Source: a virus
IMG/VR virus record: IMGVR_UViG_3300027917_000032
Span: 1 to 64,000 of that record
Strand: one strand, 5' to 3'
Length of the DNA stretch: 64,000 nucleotides
The notes beneath the pieces are model-generated. The model was not told the DNA's origin and did not search any database. It saw only the letters and a list, made by a program, of their open reading frames with translations. Below, in pieces: positions 16,386 to 24,073 of the stretch. How positions within the stretch are numbered: position 1 is the first letter of the stretch; each line of letters begins with the position of its first letter. The position numbers and the translations under genes were made by a program.

Positions 16386-17116
16386 CGGATCATCTCCTCG
16401 TCAGTGAGTGTGACGTAGCCCTGATGATGAATAGGCCCCTCGTCACCGGGAAACGTAGGCGCACGCGCGATTCTATACACCACTACCGCACTTTCTAGGT
16501 GACTTAGACGCAGACGCACGCGAAATTCATAGACAAATTGGCGCTCGTAGCAGTCTACGCCAGTGATGGTGGCCGCCACCGAGCCATCTGACGCAATAAT
16601 GTCGCCGGTGTCGCTCAAGTAGTGGCTATAGCAGCCAAGGTGGCTGTTCATTTGATTTTCGACAAACTCTCGAAAATTCCGGTTCAGTACGATCGCGCGC
16701 GCCACCCGATGCGTTGGAATATCTACCTCCGATTCTACTTCTGGTACGCGCTCGTAAAGTTCCAAGGCTTGCAAATCATCGGGGGAGTCGGTCGCACATT
16801 TCGTGTTGAAGGTTGCGAGATAAATTCGATACATGTCAATCTTAAACGTGAGACTGTACCTTATTGCGGTATTCCGACGTATCGAATGTAGCTTTACCGG
16901 CTCCCACTCACTGAATGGTAGCCACAGTTGATTCGGGTCATCAGGATTGTCAAACCAACGCGGCTTAGTCATCAACGGCAGCGGACGGCCATACGACTGT
17001 GTTGGCGTTCGGAACGCACAATAAATATCCCGAAGGAACTGGCTACTCCGCCACCGCTCCAAAACATCAGTAAGTTCGGCACGAGTACGGGGACGACTGA
17101 AAAGCAGGTAGGTCAT
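16373..17116 (-). CDS. hypothetical protein
   Basis: GGAGGAG RBS and its own promoter. Confidence 0.7.
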   Translation of the reverse strand: MTYLLFSRPRTRAELTDVLERWRSSQFLRDIYCAFRTPTQSYGRPLPLMTKPRWFDNPDDPNQLWLPFSEWEPVKLHSIRRNTAIRYSLTFKIDMYRIYLATFNTKCATDSPDDLQALELYERVPEVESEVDIPTHRVARAIVLNRNFREFVENQMNSHLGCYSHYLSDTGDIIASDGSVAATITGVDCYERQFVYEFRVRLRLSHLESAVVVYRIARAPTFPGDEGPIHHQGYVTLTDEEMIRLLS

Positions 17117-17135
17117 AGATTTTCTCCTCCACACA

Positions 17136-17164
17136 AGCCTACCATACTCAGTTGTCCATGTCAA
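17136..17164 (-). promoter_or_regulatory. sigma70-type promoter
   Basis: TTGACA-N17-TAGGCT with TG extension. Confidence 0.75.
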
Positions 17165-17567
17165 GTAAAATTGCGTCGATTTTTTCCAAGGCGTCACCTT
17201 CACAACAATTGATACAATTGGAAAAATCGGCAAGATCAGGATTAACCCTACAAAATGCGTCCCATGTCTCCCCCGTCCAGAAGAGATACAAGCGTGTAGG
17301 GCGGCCTTTCACTACGCGCCTTAGTTGCCGCATATAGTGGTCTTGCACATGCGCCGGGTAGCCGCCAATGTCCATTAAGTAGACATTAAATGCCCGGTAT
17401 GGCAACTGATAGGGCCGGATATTGGTGACAAAGATTCCCCCGGAGACATAGGTGTATAGCCAAGACTTCATCGCCATGTAGCCTTGATGCGGAGTTACGT
17501 TCCCCTCCGACTCTGTGCCGCCGCGTTCGTCTATGAACATGCAAATTTTCACGCAGTCAGTTTTCAC
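17148..17567 (-). CDS. hypothetical protein
   Basis: GGAGG RBS, packed. Confidence 0.65.
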   Translation of the reverse strand: MKTDCVKICMFIDERGGTESEGNVTPHQGYMAMKSWLYTYVSGGIFVTNIRPYQLPYRAFNVYLMDIGGYPAHVQDHYMRQLRRVVKGRPTRLYLFWTGETWDAFCRVNPDLADFSNCINCCEGDALEKIDAILLDMDN

Positions 17568-17802
17568 TGATTTCCTCCACGTCGTCAGGCTCGACGCGCC
17601 GGACGACTAGATGAAGTTCAGGCACATATTCACCCACAGTAAACTCGTCATCTTCGTCAAGATAATAGACGGCCAGATCAGCCACCGATTCATCGCAGAG
17701 TGCAGCGTCGGCGGCAAGTGTTTCAAACAACTGAACCAAATGCTCGCCGCTGGCTTTACCAGCGGCGATGCGTTCGGCTGTTGGTTTATGCAGAAGGCTC
17801 AT
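17557..17802 (-). CDS. hypothetical acidic protein
   Basis: Packed ORF. Confidence 0.6.
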   Translation of the reverse strand: MSLLHKPTAERIAAGKASGEHLVQLFETLAADAALCDESVADLAVYYLDEDDEFTVGEYVPELHLVVRRVEPDDVEEISEN

Positions 17803-18265
17803 TCACCATACTCCTTGCAAAGACAAAACAATCCACCAGCCGCCCGTAGCGGCGTACATGCTCTCGCAAAATCGGCAACTCAGCCTTGAAACCTTGCTTC
17901 AGTAACCAGGCGCTAACGTCATCAGGGTCGCCGGGCAAGCAGTTAATCTCAGGCACCGTGACCTCTACACGAGGGTAGTAATTGCGGCGGGCATAGTCAC
18001 AAATGTACTGCATGAGACTAGTGCCAGCGCCACGGTTTCGTTCACTAGGCTTAACTGCCAAGCGATGAAGTTCAACAGCCCTCGGGTGATCTTGCCACAC
18101 CGCGTAGCCAATCGGCTCTGCTTTAAGAACCGCGACACACCAATGATATGTCTCATCACTGCCGACAACCATCCACTCGTCTAGTGACCACGGGTAGTGA
18201 TAACTTTTCAAGTCAATGTCTTTGAGGTACGTTATGTCCCGGCTGTTGCCATGCCGCACACTCAC
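17786..18265 (-). CDS. GNAT (RimI-like) acetyltransferase
   Basis: LHRLAVKPSERNRGAGTSLM acetyl-CoA motif; KQGF. Confidence 0.85.
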   Translation of the reverse strand: MSVRHGNSRDITYLKDIDLKSYHYPWSLDEWMVVGSDETYHWCVAVLKAEPIGYAVWQDHPRAVELHRLAVKPSERNRGAGTSLMQYICDYARRNYYPRVEVTVPEINCLPGDPDDVSAWLLKQGFKAELPILREHVRRYGRLVDCFVFARSMVNEPSA

Positions 18266-19272
18266 CGCGCACGGAATCCTGTTGACTCCCGCGAAATCTC
18301 GCATACCCATTCTTCAATACCTCCCTCTTCGACGTTGTTGTGAACGGTGGCGCGACCGTCTAGTATTTCGCAACGGGCGTCACTCTCTTCCTTGCTCATG
18401 GTGTCGTTAAAAATGTGTCCAGATTGAATCGTGCTCCAGCAGTCTTGCAGACGCTTAATAAGACTTTGCTGCCAAATTTCGGACACGCGACAGCGATGAC
18501 TTGCAACACGAATCAAGGGCCATTCGCCATTAGGCTTGCACGCAAGTTGGTCGATACACACGACCACGTTCTCGTCACCTACCGCTTCGCCCAGCATCCA
18601 ACCATAGATCGAAAGCTGGTCGGCCCAATCCTTACTCGTCTCTTCCAAGTAATGACGGCCAATTACCAAATCGCTATGCTTGCGTGGCGTATACATTTTA
18701 TGAGGCCGCCCTTGGCCTCGACTCGGTTTTGTAAATGCGTAATCCCAGCCGTCGCGGATCATAGCGTAGCCCTTGTATGGGCTGGCCCCGTACTTGGAGC
18801 AAAAGCCATTTACTTTCCAGTCGAGGATGACGTGTGTTCCTTCGTGAGTGATATAACGGCAGTCAGGTTTGCCAAAAAGCGGCACACCCTCTACTTCACC
18901 ACTGACGCCAAACTCAAACTGAGGCTCCTCTGCCGCAAGTTCCAGCGCGTCCAGCAATTCGTAGTACGCACCACTCACCTGATAGCACTTGAGAGCGTAG
19001 TAACCCGCCTGCCGCGCCCAGTCGCGGTTATGTTGTTCAACTTGATCGGTGAAGATCGTCTCAAAATCAAATTGCGGGTCTGCATCCTGACCCCACAAGT
19101 CCAATGCCAGCCGTGACTTTACATAAGCATCGAACGCCGAGCCAATGGACATGTAGTTTTCCTGCGGCTGGCGCGGCGGCCTGTTCTCGGTGAGATACTT
19201 GAGGTAAAATTCCTCACGATTACACTCCCACGTCGCCAATGAAGAGGGTGAGAGATATTCAAGGGTGCGCAT
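18262..19272 (-). CDS. PD-(D/E)xK exonuclease-like protein
   Basis: LSPSSL..W, GS.FD, GKPD, ILDWK, QL..Y. Confidence 0.8.
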   Translation of the reverse strand: MRTLEYLSPSSLATWECNREEFYLKYLTENRPPRQPQENYMSIGSAFDAYVKSRLALDLWGQDADPQFDFETIFTDQVEQHNRDWARQAGYYALKCYQVSGAYYELLDALELAAEEPQFEFGVSGEVEGVPLFGKPDCRYITHEGTHVILDWKVNGFCSKYGASPYKGYAMIRDGWDYAFTKPSRGQGRPHKMYTPRKHSDLVIGRHYLEETSKDWADQLSIYGWMLGEAVGDENVVVCIDQLACKPNGEWPLIRVASHRCRVSEIWQQSLIKRLQDCWSTIQSGHIFNDTMSKEESDARCEILDGRATVHNNVEEGGIEEWVCEISRESTGFRAR

Positions 19273-19273
19273 A

Positions 19274-19642
19274 TTAACCTCCGATAAAAAAGTACAGAAT
19301 GTGCCCTATAAGCCCTAGAGCCAGGAAAGCAGCGAACACCCTTAACAATGCCACCCGCACACGCTCGCGGTCGTGCTCGTGTTGAACCTCTAAAGCGGCG
19401 TGTGCCATGTGACGACCCAACTGTGGGTGGTTAAAGTATGTGGCGTTACCGACACGTTCCAACTGCCAGCCACACTTGAATAGCGTCCAAGCGTCACGCT
19501 GAACGTAAGCAGCGTCAAACAACCCATGAACGCCGAAGTTCTTATGGTGATAGCAGTCTGGTAGCTCCTCGCACTCGACCCAGCCCGCATCCGATAGCTC
19601 GTGGGCCAAACGGGCAGCTACTCGTTTTCGTATCTCGCTCAT
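19274..19642 (-). CDS. hypothetical protein with C-terminal TM helix
   Basis: Internal duplication (AGW...H..FG.H / CGW...H..LG.H). Confidence 0.6.
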   Translation of the reverse strand: MSEIRKRVAARLAHELSDAGWVECEELPDCYHHKNFGVHGLFDAAYVQRDAWTLFKCGWQLERVGNATYFNHPQLGRHMAHAALEVQHEHDRERVRVALLRVFAAFLALGLIGHILYFFIGG

Positions 19643-19830
19643 CGCGCCAACCTCGCTACCCGGAAACCAAAAACGTAAACATCGCGGTATTGCCAAGACT
19701 CTCTGCCGAAAATGTCAGCCGGGTATTTTCGGTTGACCGTCGCAAAGGGCGTTAGGAACAACCTCGGATAAAAGATAGTGCCATAAAACGACTTTTCCCA
19801 CTCTTCCCTCAGTCTCTCTTTGTCAGTCAT
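19639..19830 (-). CDS. hypothetical protein
   Basis: ATGA overlaps on both sides. Confidence 0.55.
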   Translation of the reverse strand: MTDKERLREEWEKSFYGTIFYPRLFLTPFATVNRKYPADIFGRESWQYRDVYVFGFRVARLAR

Positions 19831-20936
19831 CGTTGCCTCCAGTAGCGAGCCTCTTTCGGAATACCGTCGTCAGAAAGCTCTCGGTATTTGAATGTTACAA
19901 TATCGCCAACCCTGAAGTGCTTGCCCTTGAAATAGTTTGGCATGTCCACGCCAGGGAATTTGGCGGCATAAGCACTGTGCTCATCGTAGAGAAAGGTACG
20001 CTCCTCGTCGGTCAAACCCGCAAGCTCCAACCGCTTGCCTTTATAGTCGAGGATCAGGGCACCGATCTTGCCCAACAGTTTTGAGCCTTTGTCCGTCTTA
20101 CGGCCCGACGTGAAACCAATCACCGTCCCCTCGTCATCGCTGAACGGCTTGTACTTTAGCAGCGTTGCGACTCTCTTAGGAAGCCACGGAGAATCGGGAC
20201 TGCGTAGCATCACCCCTTCACCGCCGCAACTTACAACACGCTCAAGTTCTTCCTCGACTGTCGCCGCCGCTTCGGTGACGCCTAGCGGGAGCTTCTTTTG
20301 ACGATGCAAGTAAACACGCCCCTCTGAAGGAATTGCATCACGCAGCATCGTCAATTCTTCCTCAAATGGCACGGTACGACCGTTAGAACGCAGATGAAGT
20401 AAATGATGAAGCACGCCAGGATCACATAGTTTCAACCACTGGCGAAAGCGCTTGTAGTTGATCGGCATTGTCATGTTCGCATTTTTAATCAAACCATCAG
20501 CAAACATTATGTCTACAGGTGGGCTGCTAAAAACCGCAAACTCCGCTTTGTCCCACTCTGGCCCCGGTGTGTCGCCGCCGCAAATAGAGCGGCATAGCTG
20601 AAAGTTCCCACGCCCGGCCCAAATCTCCCCGTCCAACGGTACTGTGGGTAGTTGATTGAGGAACCAATCCGGCGCGATGACCGGGTTGCCATACCGCGAC
20701 CAAAGGCCCGTCGCCACGGGCTTGATCTTTTTCTTCAAGTTGCCCGTCTTAGGATCAATCGTGTTGGCGTAAGGGATCGTGCGTGTATCAATACCTCGGC
20801 TGATACCGCCGTCCCAAAAGACGCGAGTGCCATCGAGCTTCTCGCTAACGTACCAACCCCCGACCGTCTGCCGGTCGGGGTTGTACTTCTTAGCCAACAT
20901 GAGAAATTCACGCCGAGGAAATGTCATCATCAACAA
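19827..20936 (-). CDS. ATP-dependent DNA ligase
   Basis: SEKLDG, LDGEIW, EGVMLR, LLKYKP and a C-terminal OB fold. Confidence 0.92.
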   Translation of the reverse strand: MLMMTFPRREFLMLAKKYNPDRQTVGGWYVSEKLDGTRVFWDGGISRGIDTRTIPYANTIDPKTGNLKKKIKPVATGLWSRYGNPVIAPDWFLNQLPTVPLDGEIWAGRGNFQLCRSICGGDTPGPEWDKAEFAVFSSPPVDIMFADGLIKNANMTMPINYKRFRQWLKLCDPGVLHHLLHLRSNGRTVPFEEELTMLRDAIPSEGRVYLHRQKKLPLGVTEAAATVEEELERVVSCGGEGVMLRSPDSPWLPKRVATLLKYKPFSDDEGTVIGFTSGRKTDKGSKLLGKIGALILDYKGKRLELAGLTDEERTFLYDEHSAYAAKFPGVDMPNYFKGKHFRVGDIVTFKYRELSDDGIPKEARYWRQR

Positions 20937-21187
20937 TCCCTCCCTCTTCTCGGAGCCGGTGTTGGCTCAATATCAGGAATCAACAACTCAATTTCAATCG
21001 GCTCCTCCAGCGCCTCTTCAACCGCTTCGATGCGGTCCCTCAAGTGCAATACTTCAATCATCGCAAAGCAACCACCCGCAATCAAGGCGCTGCACAAGAT
21101 GATTGAGAAGAAAGCGTCAAGCAGAACGCTCCAGCCAGTTGCGCCACTATCCGGCATAGGGTCGTAATCGTGCATTTTCAACTCCAC
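20930..21187 (-). CDS. small membrane protein
   Basis: One TM helix. Confidence 0.55.
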   Translation of the reverse strand: MELKMHDYDPMPDSGATGWSVLLDAFFSIILCSALIAGGCFAMIEVLHLRDRIEAVEEALEEPIEIELLIPDIEPTPAPRRGRDC

Positions 21188-21660
21188 TTGGGTTTGGGTG
21201 TGTCATCTTCTTCGTCAAGCCGTGGCCGCAGTGGTCGCTCATTCTCCGGGATCATTTTTAAGAGCTTGTCGATAAATCTCTCCAGTTTTCGCATGTAATC
21301 GACGTTGCGATTATGTTCCACCGACGCTTCCCGCAGCAACTCTACCGACTGTTCAATAGCCGCTTTGTCGCGGGCCGCCTCCAGGTTCCTCTGTTGAACA
21401 ACACGCCGCGCTTCCTCCACCACTTTAATGTACGCCGTGTTCTGAGCCGCCAACTCTGTCACCATCGCTATCAAGGGCGCGGCCTGAGCCTGCGCTTGTT
21501 TCGTCGCCAGCACGTTAAGAGCTTCTTGCTGGACAATACGGTGTGCGTCTGTGATTTCACTGATTTGTTGAAACCGCACCGACTCCAAGTAGACTACCCA
21601 ACCTACCAGCAAACCCAGCAAAGATACGCATAAACAGCGATACAGAAAACTACCCATCAA
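21178..21660 (-). CDS. membrane-anchored coiled-coil protein
   Basis: N-terminal TM followed by heptad-rich helix. Confidence 0.65.
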   Translation of the reverse strand: MMGSFLYRCLCVSLLGLLVGWVVYLESVRFQQISEITDAHRIVQQEALNVLATKQAQAQAAPLIAMVTELAAQNTAYIKVVEEARRVVQQRNLEAARDKAAIEQSVELLREASVEHNRNVDYMRKLERFIDKLLKMIPENERPLRPRLDEEDDTPKPKWS

Positions 21661-22351
21661 TTTCTCCTATGAGTTCAAGGTAACGTTGATGCAATTTTGC
21701 GCGGTTTCGGTAAACTGTCCACCTACTAATGCCCAGCCGATCCGATACTTCTTCGCAGGTGAGCCCCCACAAGGAGCGATCAAGTAACAGAGCACAAATC
21801 CCCGCCTCACGTTTCAGTTGCTCGACGCCCTCCAAGACTTCAAACTCAGTAAACCGTGGCTCCAGATAAGCATGTCCGTTATCAGTTACATCCGATTCCA
21901 CCACGCCGTAAACAGGATCGCGTCCAAGCCGACTATACTTGCGGTTCGTGCTTGGAGCCGCTGGACAAATGCCACGCAATCTTGCAACTTCATCTTCAAC
22001 AGCGGCACAGATATGGTTGAGAAGATACTGACCTACTGTTTGTGATACCAGTGTAGCTGGCTGTAAGTTGCCGATTGCACGAGTCATCGCCAGCAACCCG
22101 GCTGATACCATGTCGTCAAGGAACCTGCGTGTTACAGGCCAGTGATGCAAGTAGCGTCCGATAGTGTGCCGAAGCATCGCCAAGTGCCCAAGCACCAACC
22201 CGTCGCGCGCCTCTTTACACCCTGCCAGTGCCGGACCAACAAGTAAATCAACCTCTTCAGTTTCCAGGGGTTCGACATCATTCAACAGATCGTGTTTGAA
22301 AGGGCGAACCGTCTGTTGACTCGGCCTAAGTTTGACCATGTATTTTGACAT
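21650..22351 (-). CDS. RNA polymerase sigma factor (sigma70 family, regions 2 and 4)
   Basis: EARDGLVLGHL...DDMVSAGLLAM..AI; C-terminal HTH GLTCEEVSDRLGISRWTV. Confidence 0.8.
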   Translation of the reverse strand: MSKYMVKLRPSQQTVRPFKHDLLNDVEPLETEEVDLLVGPALAGCKEARDGLVLGHLAMLRHTIGRYLHHWPVTRRFLDDMVSAGLLAMTRAIGNLQPATLVSQTVGQYLLNHICAAVEDEVARLRGICPAAPSTNRKYSRLGRDPVYGVVESDVTDNGHAYLEPRFTEFEVLEGVEQLKREAGICALLLDRSLWGLTCEEVSDRLGISRWTVYRNRAKLHQRYLELIGEIDG

Positions 22352-22363
22352 TGTAATTCCTTT

Positions 22364-22873
22364 CTATGTGACTCGTTGAATCTTCCAAAAACAACGGGGC
22401 GTGAACCAATGGTCGTACATCGCCTTGACGGGGTAAATCTGCCCGCCGTGGTTAGAGTCATACACCATCTTCTTTCTGCCGTCCCACGCAACCGCGTGGC
22501 CTTGCTGTTTCTTCGGTGCAGGAGGGATATAAACGCCGGTAAATACTCCGTCGTGTCCCTCCATGTGCCGCATGACACGGTGCCAGTTATCTGACTCACC
22601 GAGCCCGAAAAAGATTGGCCTAGCTGAACGCCCATCCGTATAAGGGGAAATTGTTGGCACAAGTTCAATAGGAGTACATGCAAATCCCATGTCCTGCATA
22701 ACTTCGATACACTCTTGCTCGTGAAAACCGGCTTTGAGACCTTTGACGCCGTAAGGCTCCTCTGCGCCAGGGTGGCCGATTTGCTTGATAAACCACGTCA
22801 CCGGGCGGTCCACGACCATCGCAAACGACGTGGGCAAGCACGACCAATAGTTAGGGTTTACCTGAAGCCTCAT
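22364..22873 (-). CDS. papain-fold (C39-like) cysteine peptidase
   Basis: Q..P..WSCLPTSFAM, GHAVAWDG, VYDSN. Confidence 0.65.
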   Translation of the reverse strand: MRLQVNPNYWSCLPTSFAMVVDRPVTWFIKQIGHPGAEEPYGVKGLKAGFHEQECIEVMQDMGFACTPIELVPTISPYTDGRSARPIFFGLGESDNWHRVMRHMEGHDGVFTGVYIPPAPKKQQGHAVAWDGRKKMVYDSNHGGQIYPVKAMYDHWFTPRCFWKIQRVT

Positions 22874-23032
22874 TCATGTACCTCCCCGCCACGCCTTTGC
22901 TCGATTGCCACGCCCTGCAAATAGGCTTTCCGCTCTGCTTCTTTGCGACCGTTTTCATCGCCCGGTGAATAAGTATAGCAAAAGCCTTCGGAGCCATACC
23001 GCTTCCCTGGCTTCCCGTCTTTCTGACAATCT

Positions 23033-23278
23033 TCAATCGGCATTACCCATATCTCCCAGATAGAAGAACACGCAAGCCACCACGATAAGCAACCCCATCA
23101 ACATAAGCACATCCATAACACCGCCTCCCGGTTTCTTTTCTCGCCGTATTCGGCAAACCAAATACGGACAGTGATGATAGTGATTACGCCATCGAGCTAA
23201 CGCAGCTTTGTAGGTGGTGTATTTACCACGCAACCTCCAAACTCCGTCATAGTCACAATACTCGACAACATACATCAT
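23033..23278 (-). CDS. hypothetical protein with C-terminal TM helix
   Basis: Packed ORF. Confidence 0.5.
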   Translation of the reverse strand: MMYVVEYCDYDGVWRLRGKYTTYKAALARWRNHYHHCPYLVCRIRREKKPGGGVMDVLMLMGLLIVVACVFFYLGDMGNAD

Positions 23279-23682
23279 AACTCTTCCCAGTTTTCGTTTT
23301 CAAGTTCGGCCATCAGATCATCAACAGTGGGCTCCTCATCCCACTTCGGTTTCCAGTAGTCTTTCCAGTTGGGGCTCGTGAACAGCTTGTCGTATTCATC
23401 ATCGTTGGCCCCGACCAGAATCCAGATGCCCACTCCGTACTCCGCCCACACCGGCCACTTCCGTCTCTGATCTTTCGTGAACGTATAGCTCACCGGGTTC
23501 TTCACGTCAATCCATCGCTGACCGTACTTCGGGTGCGAAATGAACAGGTCAGGGAAACCCTTTTGGAACATGTTGCCCTGCGTAACCTCGACAAGCCAGC
23601 CACGGGCTCGCAAGAACTTAATCAAGTCTTGCTGAATCTTCCACTCAGGACCATGCTTCTCTCGGATGTGGGGCTTATCCAT
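23275..23682 (-). CDS. VRR-NUC domain nuclease (putative Holliday junction resolvase)
   Basis: E..IQ..L...L...GW.V, GFPDL, WIDVK. Confidence 0.85.
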   Translation of the reverse strand: MDKPHIREKHGPEWKIQQDLIKFLRARGWLVEVTQGNMFQKGFPDLFISHPKYGQRWIDVKNPVSYTFTKDQRRKWPVWAEYGVGIWILVGANDDEYDKLFTSPNWKDYWKPKWDEEPTVDDLMAELENENWEEL

Positions 23683-23920
23683 ACTTATCCATAATCATCT
23701 TAGGAGGGGGTCCAAGCCGCAGGCGAAGTGTAGCTTCCCAATTCTTCCGCGCCCGCTCCCACTCCATGCGGTTCCACTCCTCCAAATCGGCCATGATAAA
23801 CTTACGGGTGCCCCACTCGCAGGCACGCATCTTCCCATGCACGCCGATGAACACGGGACCATCCTCCCACTGCCAGCCCTCGAAGCCTTCGGGCGTTGTC
23901 ACCTTACGAAGCTCATCCAT
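23675..23920 (-). CDS. hypothetical protein
   Basis: GAGG RBS before MDELRK. Confidence 0.55.
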   Translation of the reverse strand: MDELRKVTTPEGFEGWQWEDGPVFIGVHGKMRACEWGTRKFIMADLEEWNRMEWERARKNWEATLRLRLGPPPKMIMDKYG

Positions 23921-24073
23921 CGGTTTCCTCGTGTTCTTTGATCCACTCCGGGGTGGCGTGAACATAGTCGTCGTCGCCGTGGCCCGCTAGACAAGCAGTA
24001 CCAGAAAGATGAATCTGACAAGTCTCGCACGGCCCGCTGCAATCGCTAAACAGTTTCATCGGCTTCCTCGTGC

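Noticed and set aside
18262-19272. CRISPR-associated Cas4
   Set aside because: It lacks the C-terminal Fe-S cysteine cluster and CRISPR context, so it is treated as a phage recombination exonuclease
20930-21660. Spanin pair
   Set aside because: No lipobox and no neighbouring endolysin or holin; the genes sit in a replication context
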